From Squalus acanthias (taxonomy: Eukaryota), in contig CM059438.1 in the NCBI GenBank assembly GCA_030390025.1, forward strand, positions 68,140,001 through 68,204,000: a DNA stretch of 64,000 nt, in the 5' to 3' direction. The number at the start of each line of letters is the position of its first letter. The first letter of the stretch is position 1. The notes below the pieces were generated by a model. The model saw only the letters and a program-made list of their open reading frames with translations. It had not been told where the DNA came from and did not search any database. Both the position numbers and the translations under genes were made by a program. Shown in pieces: positions 34,552 through 47,332 of the stretch.

Positions 34552-35310
34552 AATCCCGTATTTTCTGATCCCTACAGGTGTGTACACGCTGTGTACACAC
34601 CCGTAGGAACCTCGGAAATGCTGGTTTCAGGCATGCGCTGAAAACCGGCATTTCCAATCTGTCAAGAATACTCTTGATAGATTGGACGCCTGCCCTGAAG
34701 AAGGGCCTCTGCGGGCGGATAGTTCCGCTTTCTTCAGAACTCCGCCCGCTGAAAACCCTTAAAAATCTTACGCCTGGTAAAAGCAGGAGTAAGGCCTGCT
34801 TTTACCAGCATAAGAGTTTAAAAAAAAAGTAAAAAAATAAATAAATGTTTTTCACTCATTTATAATTTAAAAATACTTTAAAAAAAGGTAAGTTTATTTT
34901 TAGCCCCGTAAAAAACCTTAATTATTTTTTTCAAAAAATTAAATTTTTGTTTAAAATATTTAATTTAATGTAATTTTAACTCATTTTAAAAACATGATGT
35001 TTTTTTAAAAATGTATTTAATGTTTTGATGTATTTTTTCAGTGATCTCCATTCATACTTTTGACAGGTCTATCTGTCAAAAGTATGAAGGGGGATTCCCT
35101 TCTTTCATTGGCTCGCCTGGCCCACGTGATCCCAGGGACGCTTGTGAACCACATGCGCCCCTGGGATACATGGGCCCTGCGCATTTGGACTGTGGAGAGG
35201 CCCAGCATCGGAAGTGTCCGGACCTCGGGAGCCCTCAGGTAAGTGCGTAGATTTTTTTCCGATAGGAGGCATCCGCATGCAGGAAGCCTCCTATCGGAAA
35301 TTACGGGCCC
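34552..35310. mobile_element. Harbinger-type MITE (16310 family)
   Basis: Colinear with 16310-17035; right TIR ATCGGAAATTACGGGCCC, left TIR degenerate. Confidence 0.88.
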
Positions 35311-35996
35311 ATATTTTTTAAATTCGTTCATGGGATGTGGGCGTCGCTGGCAAGGCCAGCATTTATTGCCCATCCCTAATTGCCCTCGAGAAGGTGGTGG
35401 TGAGCCGCCTTCTTGAACTGCTGCAGTCCATGTGGTGAACATAACATAAGAACATAAGAAACAGGAGCAGGAGTAGGCCAATCGGCCAATCGGCTCCTCG
35501 AGCCTGCTCCGCCATTCAATAAGATCATGGCTGATCCAATCTTGGCCTCAACACCACTTTCCCGCTCTCTCCCCATACCCCTTGACTCCCTTGTAGTTCA
35601 AATGTCTGTCAATCTCCGCCTTGAATATATTCAATGACTCCGCCTCCACAGCTCTCTGGGGTAGAGAATTCCAAAGATTCACGACCCTCTGAGAGAAGAA
35701 ATTCCTCCTCATCTCCATCTTAAATGGGCAACCCCTTATTCTGAATCAATGCCCCCTAGTTCTAGATACCCCCACTAGGGGAAACATCCTCTCAGCATCC
35801 ACCCTGTCAATCCCCCTCAGAATCTTATATGTTTCAATAAGATCACCTCTCATTCTTCTAAATGCCAATGAGTATAGACCCAAACTGCTCAACCTTTCGT
35901 CATACGTCAACCCCTTCATCCCAGGAATCAACCTAGTGAACCTTCTCTGTACTGCCTCCAATGCAAGTATATCCTTCCTTAAATATGGAGACCACA

Positions 35997-37364
35997 ACGT
36001 ATCCCAGGGGCGCATGCGGTTCGCAAGCGTCCCTGGGATCACGTGGGCCAGGCGAGCCAATGAAAGAAGGGAATCCCCCTTCATACTTTTGACAGATAGA
36101 CCTGTCAAAAGTATGAATGGGGATCACTGAAAAAATACATCAAAACATTAAATACATTTTTAAAAAAACATCATGGGGTAAAAATTCAGTTGGTTGCGCC
36201 TCCCGTTAGCGCCTTAAGAGGGCGCTAATGGGGCGCAAAGCCGCTAACGCTCGGGCGCAGCGATGTTTGCGCCGCTCGAGAACTTAACTTGAGATTGTGC
36301 GGCGGCGCTAAAACTTACCGCTGCGACCACCTGCGCGCGCAGATTGTGACGTCATTCCATGGTGCAACGCCCTTGTGGCGCCCCGTAGCAGAAATTGAGT
36401 GGCGCCCCCTGCCTTACCGCCTGGCGCTTCCAACGACCAGAAGACTGGAACGCTATCAATCGCTGTGGGGCTGGGGGGGGCGCTATTTAAAGGGGGCCTC
36501 TTGCTGTCTTTTATTGTTGGTGGCATTTTTGAACTACGCATTCTGAGAGAGAGAGGGAGAGAATTCTGGAGAGATTCAACGTTGTGTGAAGGAGTTTTGG
36601 GTACTGAGCAGCACTTTGCAGGTTCATTTTGATTTGCCATTCCTTGTATCGATTTAGCAGAGACTGTGGGAGCTGCACTCTGAGCTCTTTGCCTGGTACT
36701 CTCCATTGTACTTTCCAGCACATTTGATGTGCAAGTCTCTCCAGGCCGAGATTCAAGTCTGCAATGAACAGGATGTGGATGGAAAGCAAGATTAACTATC
36801 CCCTTTAAGAACTGGCCCGTGCCATTGTGTGTGTGTTCCATTGCTGACTGACATTACATGAGCTTCGCCAGCGCTCCGAGTTAGCGCCTCACTGCTCGCC
36901 CTTTGCGCCTTAAGAGAGGTGTGCAGCGCCTGCTTTAGCGCTCCACTCACCTCCCGGGGCGGTAAAAGTGAAGTTTCCTGTCAGTGCCGATAATTAGCGC
37001 CAGGCGCTAATATTTGCGTCCGGACGATATTTGCGCCCCAAATGGGGCGCGACCTAATTTCTACCCCCATGTTTTTAAAATGAGTTAAAATTACATTAAA
37101 TTAAATATTTTAAACAAAAATTTAATTTTTTGAAAAAAATATTTAAGGTTTTTTACGGGGCTAAAAATAAACTTACCTTTTTTTAAAGTATTTTTAAATT
37201 ATAAATGAGTGAAAAACTTTTTTTTTTACTTTTTTTTTAAACTCTTATGCTGGTAAAAGCAGGCCTTACTCCTGCTTTTACCAGGCGTAAGATTTTTAAG
37301 GGTTTTCAGCGGGCGGAGTTCTGAAGAAAGCGGAACTATCCGCCCGCAGAGGCCCTTCTTCAGG
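35997..37364 (-). repeat. Inverted, TIR-less internal copy of MITE segment 34694-35171
   Basis: 35997-36174 plus 37071-37364 equal the reverse complement of the neighbouring MITE interior. Confidence 0.9.
36175..37067. mobile_element. Harbinger-type non-autonomous element (GGGGTAAAAATT family)
   Basis: GGGGTA...TACCCC termini, TSD CAT; near-identical to 20122-21014. Confidence 0.92.
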
Positions 37365-37892
37365 TGCGGTTTCACCAGCACCCTGTAAAGTTGCATCAAA
37401 ACTTCCCTACTTTTATACTCCATACCCCTTGCAATAAAGGCCAACATTCCATTAGCCTTCCTAATTACTTGCTGTACCTGCATGCTAACTTTTTGTGTTT
37501 CATGTACGAGGACCCACAGATCCCTCTGTACCGCAGCATTTTGTAGTCTCTCTCCATTTAAATAATAATTTGCTTTTTCATTCTTCCTGACAAAGTGGAT
37601 AACCTCACATTTTCCCACATTCTACTCCATCTGCCAAATTTTTGCCCACTCACATAACCTATCTACATCCCTTTGCAGACTCTTTGTGTCCTCCTCGCAA
37701 CTTACGAACCTATCTTTGTAGGTAGTGAAGGTACTCCCACAGTGGTGTTAGGTAGGGAGTCCCAGGATTTTGACCCAGCGATGATGAATATTACTGCATA
37801 GATGTATCATCACCATTTGCAACTATAACAATGTTGTTTTCAATGCAACAAACACTGAAAGCTGCCCTCGCTCATACATTGTTCAGACTTTT

Positions 37893-39611
37893 AAAGGTTT
37901 TAAATGAATATTTTACATCTGTGTTCACTATGGAGAAGGACGATGTAGGCATAGAAATCAGGCAGGGGGATTGTGATATACTTGAACAAATTAGTATTGA
38001 GAGGGAGGAGGTACTAGCGGTTTTAGCGGGCTTAAAAGTGGATAAATCCCCAGGCCCAGAAGAGATGTATCCCAGGCTGCTGTGTGAGGCAAGGGAGGAG
38101 ATTGCAGGGACTCTGACACAAATTTTCAGAACCCTCTGGCCACAGGGGAGGTGCCAGAGGACTGGAGAACAGCTAACGTAGTACCATTATTCAAGAAGGG
38201 TAGTAGGGATAAACCAGGGAATTACAGGCCAGTGAGCCTAACATCAGTGGTAGGGAAATTATTGGAAAAAATTCTGAGGGACAGAATTAGTCTCCACTTG
38301 GAGAGGCTAGGATTAATCAAGGATAGTCAGCATGGCTTTGTCAGGGGGAGATCATGTCTAACCAATTTGATTGAATTTTTCAATGGGGTGACTAGGTGTG
38401 TGGATGAGGGTAGTGCAGTTGATGTAGTCTACATGGACTTCAGTAAGGCTTTTGACAAAGTCCCACATGGGAGACTGGTCAAGAAGGTAAGAGCCCATGG
38501 GATCCAGGGCAATTTGGCACATTGGATCCAAAATTGGCTTAGTGGCAGGAGGCAGAGGGTGATGGTCGAAGGTTGTTTTTGTGACTGGAAGCTTGTGTCC
38601 AGTGGTGTACCGCAGGGATCAGTGCTGGGTCCTTTGCTGTTTGTAGTGTACATTAATGATTTAGATATGAATGTAGGAGGTATGATCAGTAAGTTTGCAG
38701 ATGACACGAAAATTGGTGGAGTGGTAAATAGCGAGGAGGGAAGCCTCAGGCTACAGGACAATATAAACGGGTTGGTCAGATGGGCAGAACAGTGGCAAAT
38801 GGAATTTAACCCTGAAAAGTGTGAGGTGATGCATTTTGGGAGGACTAACAAGGCAAGGGAATACACAATGAATGGTAGGACCCTAGGAAGGACAGAGGAT
38901 CAGAGGGACCTTGGTGTGCATGTACATAGATCCCTGAAGGCAGCAGGACAGGTAGATAAGGTGGTTAAAAAGGCATATGGGATACTTGCCTTCATTAGCC
39001 GAGGCATAGAATATAAGAGCAGGGAGGTTATGATGCAGCTGTACAAAATGCTAGTTAAGCCACAGCTGGAATACTGTGTGCAGTTCTGGTCGCCACACTA
39101 TAAGAAGGATTTGATTGCATTGGAGAGGGTGCAGAGGAGATTCACCAGGATGTTACCTGGGCTGGAGCGCTTCAGCTATGAAGAGAGACTGAACAGGCTG
39201 GGGTTGTTTTCCTTAGAGTAGAGAAGGCTGAGGGGGGACCTGATTGAGGTGTACAAAATTATGAGGGGCATAGATAGGGTAGATAGAAAGTAACTCTTCC
39301 CCTTAGTAGAGGGGTCAATAACCAGGGGGCATAGTGTCAAGGTAAGGGGCAGGAGGTTTAGATGGGATTTGAGGAAAAACATTTTCACTCAGAGGGTGGT
39401 TGGAATCTGGAACTCACTGCCTGAAAGGGTGGTAGAGGCAGGAACCCTCACAACATTCAAGAAGCATTTAGATGAACACTTGAAACGCCATAGCATACAA
39501 GGCTACGGACCAAGTGCTGGAAAATGGGATTAGAATAGATAGGGCTTGATGGCTGGCGCGGACACGATGGGCCGAAGGGTCTCTTTCTGTGTGTATATCT
39601 CTATGACTCTA
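37893..39611 (+). mobile_element. 5'-truncated CR1 with nearly complete RT domain (pseudogene)
   Basis: ORF 38151-39221: NYRPVSLTS, QHGF, YMDFSKAFD, GVPQGSVLGP, FADD. Frameshift upstream, stops downstream, CTATGACTCTA tail. Confidence 0.95.
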
Positions 39612-39771
39612 ACTCGAACAAATCTTTACAAGTGCTGTTCTATATTGTGTTGAAAGTTTCAATAATTCATTAAATAAATCCCCCCCCCCCACCCCCCAAC
39701 CCCAACATCGGCTTCCTCTTCTTCTTCAACTTTTTAAAACTCAAGCTTTATGCTATCTAATCACTATTTCA

Positions 39772-40825
39772 ACAACAACAACAACTTGCATATATATATA
39801 GCACCTTTAATGTAGTAAAACATCCCACGGCGCTTCACAGGAGTGTTATCAAGCTAAAATTTGACACCGAGCCGCATAAGGAGATTTTAGGACAGGTGAC
39901 GTGATCGGTTTTAAGGAGCTTTTTAAAGGAGGAAAGAGAGGTAGAGAGGCGGAGAGGTTTAGGGAGGGAATTCCAGAGATTAGGGCCTCGGCAGCTGAAG
40001 GCACGGCCGCCAATTTTGGAGCGATGAAAATCGGGGCTGCGCAAGAGGCCAGAATTGAAGGAGCGCAAATATCTCGGAGGGTTGTAGGGGCTGGAGGAGG
40101 TTACAGAGATAGGGAGATGCGAGGCCGTGGAGGGATTTGAAAACAAGGATGAAAATTTCAAAATCACGATTCCTGATCTAACTCATCGGCCCCGATATTT
40201 ATGGGGAGGCAGCAGCGCAGAAGCGGATAATCGCCCCTAATATTTCCAGCACCGCACGAATCAGACACCAAAGGCTGAATCTTCAACAACAACAACTTGC
40301 ATTTATATAGCGCCTTTAATGTAGCAGAACGTCCCAAAGCACTTCACAGGAACATTATCAAACAGAATCTGATATTAGGACAGGTGACCAAAAGCTTGAT
40401 CAAAGAGGTATTTTTCAAGGAGCGTCTTAAAGGAGGAGAGGGAGATAGAGAGGCGGTGAGGTTTAGGGAGGGAATTCTGTGCCTGAGGCCTAGGCAGCTG
40501 AAGACACAGCTGCCAATGGCGGAGGGATTAAAATCGAGGATGCGCAAAAGGCCAGATTTGGAGGGATGGAGAGCTCTCGGAGGGTTGTAGGGCTGGAGGA
40601 GGTTACAGAGATAGGGAGGGGCAAGGCCCTGGAGGGATTTGAAATCAAGGATGAGAATTTTAAAATCAAAGCATTGCCGGACTTGGAGTCAATGTAGGTC
40701 AGCGAGCACAGAGGTGATGGCTGAATGGAACTTTGTGTGAGTTACGATGTGGACAGCAGAGTTTTGGATGAGTTCAAGTTTACAGAGGGTGGAAGATGAG
40801 AGGCCAGCCAGGAGAGCATTGGAAT
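39772..40825 (-). mobile_element. Two L2 3' fragments (39772-40165 and 40285-40825)
   Basis: GGRAFS...LWNSLP...FKKLLKT C-terminus and (TTG)n tails. Confidence 0.85.
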
Positions 40826-40837
40826 ATTCTCCTATGA

Positions 40838-41872
40838 TAGAATCATAGAATCATTACAGCACAGAAGGAGGCCATTTGGCCCATCGAGCCTGCAAGAGCA
40901 CTTGAACTAGTCCCAATCCCTCGCTTTTTCCCCGTAGCCTTGCAAATTTTTGTCCTTTAAGGTACTTATCCAATTCCCTTTAGAATTGTACCCTTTAGTT
41001 TATATTGCCTCTCCTCGTTCTTCCTACCAAAATGTATCACTTCGCACTTTTCTGTGTGAAACTTCATCTGCCACGTGTCTGCCCATTTCACCAGCTTGAA
41101 GTCTATCCCTATCCTCCTCACTGTTCACTATACTTCCAAGTTTTGTGTCATCTGCAAATTTTGAAATAATGCATTGTACACCTAAGTCCAAGTCATTAAT
41201 ATATATCAAGAAAAGCAGTGGTCCTAGTACCGACCCCTGTGGAACATCACTGTATAACTTCCTCCAGTCCAAAAAACAACCGTTCACCGCTACTCTCTGT
41301 TTCCTGTCACTTAGCCAATTTTGTATCCATGCTGCCACTATCCCTTTTATTCCATGGGCTTCAACAATGCTGGTAAGCCTATTATGTGGCACTTTATCAA
41401 ACGCCTTTTGGAAGTCCATGTACACCACATCAACTGCATTACCCTCATCAACCCTCTCTGTTACCTCATCAAAAAACTCAATCATGTTAGTTAAACACTA
41501 TTTGCCTTTAACAAATCCGTGCTGGCTTCGCTTAATTAATCCACACTTGTCCAAATGACTGTTAATTTTGTCCCAGATTATCATTTCTAAAAGCATCCCC
41601 ACTACCGAGGTTAAGCTGACTGGCCTGTAGTTGCTGGGTTTATCTTTACACCCTTTTTTGAACAAGGGTGTAACATTTGCAATTCTCCAGTCCTCTGGCA
41701 CCACCCCCGTTTCTAAGGAGGATAGGAAGATTATTGCCAGTACCTCTGCAATTTCCACCTTTACTTCCCTCAGCATCCTAGGATGCATCACCTCTGGTCC
41801 TGGTGACTTATCTATTTTAAGTACAGCCAGCCTTTCTAGTACCTCCTCATTATCAATTTTTAACCCATCCCA
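40838..41872 (-). mobile_element. Internally deleted CR1
   Basis: ORFs 41498-41935 and 41024-41485 carry RT motifs (YMDFQKAFD, PQGSVLGP, FADD); (ATTCTATG)n tail. Confidence 0.9.
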
Positions 41873-42039
41873 TGATAAAAGACTTGTATCTATGATATTC
41901 CTCTGCACTATTGGCAAATGTTCATTGATGTGCATGGCCAGTGGCCTGTATTAAGTCATTCTAAACTCACTTTGCACGGAATGCAAATATTTATATATAC
42001 AAATTACAAGCTTGAAAATTACCCTTCCTCTTAAAATAA

Positions 42040-42191
42040 TGATGATGTGGAGATGCCGGTGTTGGACTGGGGTGGACAAATGTGAGAAGTCGCACAATAC
42101 CAGGTTATAGTCCAACAGCTTTATTTGAAATCACTTTGATTTCAAATAAAGCTGTTGGACTATAACCTGGTGTTGTGCGACTTCTCACATT
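42040..42191. mobile_element. Penelope-like family 2 mini fold-back
   Basis: 55-bp arms (42079-42133 and 42137-42191, one mismatch) with a 3-nt loop; imperfect TTAAAAT duplication. Confidence 0.88.
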
Positions 42192-42259
42192 AAAATTAAG
42201 AGCATCATGGTCACAGTACAAGTTCTCCATTCAAGCAGAAGCTTAATATATCAAAATAA

Positions 42260-43210
42260 ATAGCATTTTGAGAGATGGGGGTAAGGAAACATGAATTAAG
42301 TTTAATCTGGATAAATTTAAAGTAATGCATATTGACATAGGAAATGTGTATGCAGGGAAGGAGTGTTCATTGTCAAAGGCATTGGATGTGATTATCGATT
42401 ATTTACTGAAAGTTCTCAACAATGTGAAGCTGTATTGACAGAGCTGATGGAATATCAAATGCATCTTGAGGACATTTGACTCCAACTCAAAACCTGATGC
42501 CCTAGCCTTTTTTAGAACACTGATAATGTCGCATTTGGAATATTTTGTGATATTTGGGCATCCTCCCTCCATACCTTGCAAGGGATGCCAAGAGGCAAGG
42601 ATGATTCAGGGATTTGGGGTTTGAAGCTAAGAATTGAAATTGTTTTATTTTTAGAGCAAAGAAGATTGAGGGAGGCATGATGTAGGCTTTCAAAATCCTG
42701 AGAGGTGCAGATGATGTTGAGGTAAGCAAGTTATTTGACATGGGCTCTGAGCACACAACTGAAATTGGTTCAAAATTTCCGAGCCTCAATTGAAGCACCA
42801 AGAAAAATGGAACTATTTATTTCTTCCCATCTATGGAGCAGAATCGAATGATCTGATTGGGATTCAATATTATACAGATAAATGTGGACCGAGATGATTA
42901 GATACTTCAGAAGCATTTATGATTCCCATCTCGATGGAGTGGGGGAGCTGATGCTGAAGTTACAGGGAGGGGGCAGGAGGCACGTGGGAGGGGAACTTGT
43001 TTTTTGTGGGAGGCAGCAGACCAAATGTCAACAATGCAGATGTAGGAATGGACAACTGTTCTGGAGTCTACCTTGATTACATTTGGAGATCAGAGAGCGT
43101 TTCGGCAGAACTTTTTCTTGAGGAGATGAAATGCGTGGAATAGAGACCATGTTCGGGTAGATTGTGTGTGTTGAAGAAGTGGAGTTAATGGGCCAATGTG
43201 CTGTTTCTTA
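42260..43210 (+). mobile_element. Highly decayed CR1
   Basis: KFNLDKFKVMHI, HLEYFV, RRLREA-like motifs and a CR1-like 3' UTR. Confidence 0.55.
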
Positions 43211-45118
43211 TTTCATGCCATCTTATCTTTGCTTTTCAACTGTAGTAGCTCTTGTTCCCACTGTAAGATCAGATTTCTACCAGAAAATTCACCCACGGTC
43301 ACTTTAATACTGGCAAAGACCAAAATTTAATTGTGCCTGTTGGTTCTTAGCCAGTTCAAAGCAATTGAAAATTATAAACCATGATGAATGATATCTGAAT
43401 GGAATGGAAAGACAGCAACAGAACAAAAGCATTAAAAATGAGATTGAGACTGAAGTTGAAATTAATTTGCATTCTTAATATTAAAAATGCAATGGGCTAC
43501 TATGAAAAGTTGATTCACTGCCAAACTTGACCACAATCTATTTATAATAATCCCTCTTTCTATGTTGTAAAAACTTTCAGGAAGTTATTTTGTTCATAAT
43601 TGAAGACATTGGCAAACTCAATTGCTGCAAGTGTGGATTAGCAGTCACAGATGCAGTATTGATCCCACATAAACAGTTCTAATAATCGGTGGTGCTATTG
43701 TATTGTAGAGGTCTTCTACAGTACATCTCTTCACTAGCATGTAATTCTAATTGGTAAGAGATATAAGGATAGATTTTGCAAACTTGCTCTTTGAGAGTAT
43801 TTGTTGGAAATTTTCCAGCCATTGATTTTAATGGATCAAAAACCCTGTAGACATGCTCTCCTCTCCAGCTGAATTCCCAATACGCATTCCCAGATATCTA
43901 GGCTGGGAACATAAATTTGTAAAACCTATCCTACAATATCTTTGCCATTTGCGTTAAATTGGCCGAATTTCAGGTAAACAGTGTCACGAGTTTTAAATTT
44001 TGTGACTTCAGAAGCAGTCTCGATGTAAGAAAAATTACGGACGGAATTTTCTGTACCTGGGCGGGTCGGGTGTGGGCGGTTGCCGTGGCGGGTGGAGACC
44101 CTGTTCTTCATTCCATCCCGCTGCTGAGATCGACTTTCCCTTAACGGTGCCTATTAAGGCCGCCCTGCGCATTACCCAGCCCTATTAAATGGTGTGGGTC
44201 TGATGATGTCACCGATGACACATTTCAGCCAGGATATTTAAAGGAGCCTTGGCCACTTTGCATTTGAAGGTTCATCTAGGAGTGTTCAGGCACTGCACGG
44301 CACTATTGGAGTGTTCCAAACAGTGCCAGACCTGACTGCACAGAGGCAGAGGGCTGCACCCAGGTTCTCAGATGACTCCCTCCAAATGCTTGAGGAGGGA
44401 GTGAGAGCACGCAGGGAGGTCCTCTTCCCTTCTGATGGGAGGAAGAGACCTCCCCAACAGACCAAAGGAGCCTGGCTCCAAATAGCAGAGGAGGTCAACA
44501 GCAGGGATGTGTTCAGGAGGACCTGGGTGCAGTGCCGGAAATGTTTCAATGATCTCATTAGATCAGGCAAGGTGAGTGCAAAGCCACACTCAACTTCATC
44601 CTGCTGTGCCACTCATCACATCCCCATCACTCTGCCTTACCAACTCTACTCCTGCACATCATTGCTCACACCAACATATCTTGCATGTCCACCCATCCCT
44701 CTCTCTCTACCTACATTATCACATCCCCATCTGAGTAACCCCCCCTCACACTCACCCTCATCCTACTGCAATCATACCAACTAACAACACGCAAGGAGGC
44801 CAGTTAGCATTGCCACTCCACTCCCTCATAGTCACCCTCTACAGATGTAGCAGATCCATTCCTTACACTCATTTCATCACTCAACTTTCTCATTTCCCTC
44901 CTTGCAGGAAAAGAGATCCCACAATAAGAGGGAAAGGGAGAGAACCAGAGGTGGCCCTCCAGCCTTCACCACCTTAACAGCAGCAGAGGAGGTTGCCTTG
45001 AAAATGTCCGGAGTCGCAGAGCAGCTGGAGGTGGGAGACGGAGAGAGGGGTACATCTCAGGAACCTGGTGACAGAAATACATCTCATACAGCCACATGGC
45101 ATACAGCAGTCACTCATA

Positions 45119-46705
45119 GTCCAATTGCGGTAATTACAGAGGAGTTTCCCTGCTGGCTGCCACAGGGAAAGTCATTGCAAGAATCCTCCTCAATTACCTT
45201 CTCCTAGCGGCTGAAGAACTCCTCCCAGAGTCGCAATGTGGATTCCGCCCACTAAGGGGCACAATGGATATGATCTTCACCGCGCGTCAATTACAAGAGA
45301 AATGCAGGGAACAGCACCAACCACTGTACATGGCCTTCTTTGATCTCACAAAGGCCTTTGACACTGTCAACCGTGAGGGATTATGGAGAGTCCTCCTCAA
45401 ATTCGGCTGCCCTCAAAAGTTTGTCACCATCCTCCGCCTGCTTCATGACGACATGCAAGCCATGATCTTGACCAATGGTTCCACCACAGACCCAATTCAC
45501 ATATGGACCGGGGTCAAGCAAGGCTGTGTCATCACACCAACGCTCTTCTCGATCTTCCTTGCTGCAATGCTCCATCTCACCCTCAATAAGCTCCCTGCTG
45601 GAGTGGAGCTAAGTTACAGAACAAACGGGAAACTGTTCAACCTCCGTCACCTCCAGCCCAGATCCAAGGTCATCCCATCCTCTGTCGTCGAATTACAGTA
45701 TGCAGACGACAATTGCGTCTGCGCTCACTCTGACGTCGAACTCCAAACCATCGTCAACACCTTCACCGAAGCGTACGAGAGCATGGGCCTTACAATAAAC
45801 ATCCGTAAGACAAAGGTCCTCTACCAACCTGCCCCCGCCAGACAGTACTGCCCCCCAATTATCAAAATCCATGACAAGGTCTTGGTCAACATGGACCACT
45901 TTCCATACCTCGGGCGCCTACTGTCAACAAGGGCAGACATTGATGACGAAGTCCAACACCGCCTTCAGTGTGCCAGTGCAGCCTTCGGTCGCCTGAGGAA
46001 GAGAGTGTTTGAAGACCAGGACCTCAAACCCGGCACTAAGATCATGGTTTCCAGAGCAGCAGTGATACCCGCCCTGCTGTATGCTTCAGAGACATGGACC
46101 ATGTACAGCGGGCACCTCAATGCACTGGAGAGGTACCACCAATGTTGCCTCCGCAAGATCCTGCAAATCCATTGGCAGGATAGGCGCACCAACGTCAGTG
46201 TTCTCGCTTAGGCCAAAATCCGCAGCATCGAAGCTTTGACCACGCTCGATCAGCTCCGATGGACGGATCACATCATCCGCATGCCTGATACAAGACTCCC
46301 AAAACAAGCGCTCGATTCAGAGCTCCAACATGGCAAGAGAGCCCCAGGTGGGCAGTGGAAACGCTTCAACGACACCCTCAAAGCCTCCTTGAAAAAGTGC
46401 AACATTCCCACTGACACCTGGGAATCCCTGGCCCAAGGCCGCACAAAGTGGAGGAGAAGCATCCGGAAAGGCGCCGAACATCTCGAGTCTCTTCGCCAGG
46501 GAGCAAGCGGAAGCCAAGCGCAAGCAGCGCAAGGAGCGCACATCAACCCAAGCACTCCACCCACCCGCCCCTTCAAACACTGTCTGCCCCACCTGTGACA
46601 GAGACTGTAGGTCCCGCATTGGACTCATCAGTCACCTGAGAACTCATTTTTAATGTGGAAGCAAGTCATCCTCTGTTCCGAGGGACTGCCTAAGAAGAAG
46701 AAAAG
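45119..46705 (+). mobile_element. 5'-truncated RTE-clade LINE in Myb intron 2
   Basis: DMIFTARQLQEKCREQ, FFDLTKAFD, GVKQG, QYADD; (AAG)n tail. Empty site visible in the sister copy at ~63380. Confidence 0.95.
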
Positions 46706-47332
46706 ATATGGGGACTGATGTCAGCAGCCAGTGAATGTTCATCATGTACATAATGGTATCTGTACCCATTCTTGATATGACATATCTAACTCATCTCTTT
46801 ACTCTCCCACAAGTCCATCAAAAGCCCACCCCCCACCCCCACTGTCCAGGGGGAAGAGGAAGATGACTCCTCAGAGCAGCCTCCAGCCTCTGAGGGTGCA
46901 GTGTCACCAGACATAAGTACACCCAGCACCAGCGCAGATACGCACACCTCGGTGGGTGTAACGCGAGATAGAGTAGTGTTGTCACCTGGTGTCTCACAAC
47001 TCACAAGTGAGCAAGAACAGATGATGGAGACAGGGACAACAGTGGAGACTCGTCGCTGGAGGGCACAGGATGTTCCCAGCTCTGCTCAGCAGCATGCAGA
47101 CGCTGAGGCCCGGGGGCCATCGAGAAAGAGGGCAATCCTGGAGGTGTAGCAAGAAGTGCAGGAGGCTTTGACAGGTTTTGTGACCGTGATGTCTGCAAAT
47201 GTGCAGAGAATGGAGGAGTTCATCTCCAACATGAGCACCACCATGTTGCAGGCGATGGCAACTGTAGGCTCTTCCATGGGTAGTATGGCCACGTGCAAGG
47301 TGCAGCTAATGCGCCACTCACAGGAGCACATG

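Larger units (their letters stand above)
35440..37720 (-). mobile_element. 5'-truncated CR1 with (TTCTTATG)n tail, interrupted at 35997-37364
   Basis: KCEVIHF..YRVLVKPHL on one side and WSPYLRKD..RTRGH on the other. Confidence 0.9.
35311..37788 (-). mobile_element. LINE-A 3' fragment split by a CR1 (35311-35439 and 37723-37788)
   Basis: The two parts continue each other at GGTGAA|GGTACTCCC, as at 337-350. Confidence 0.75.
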
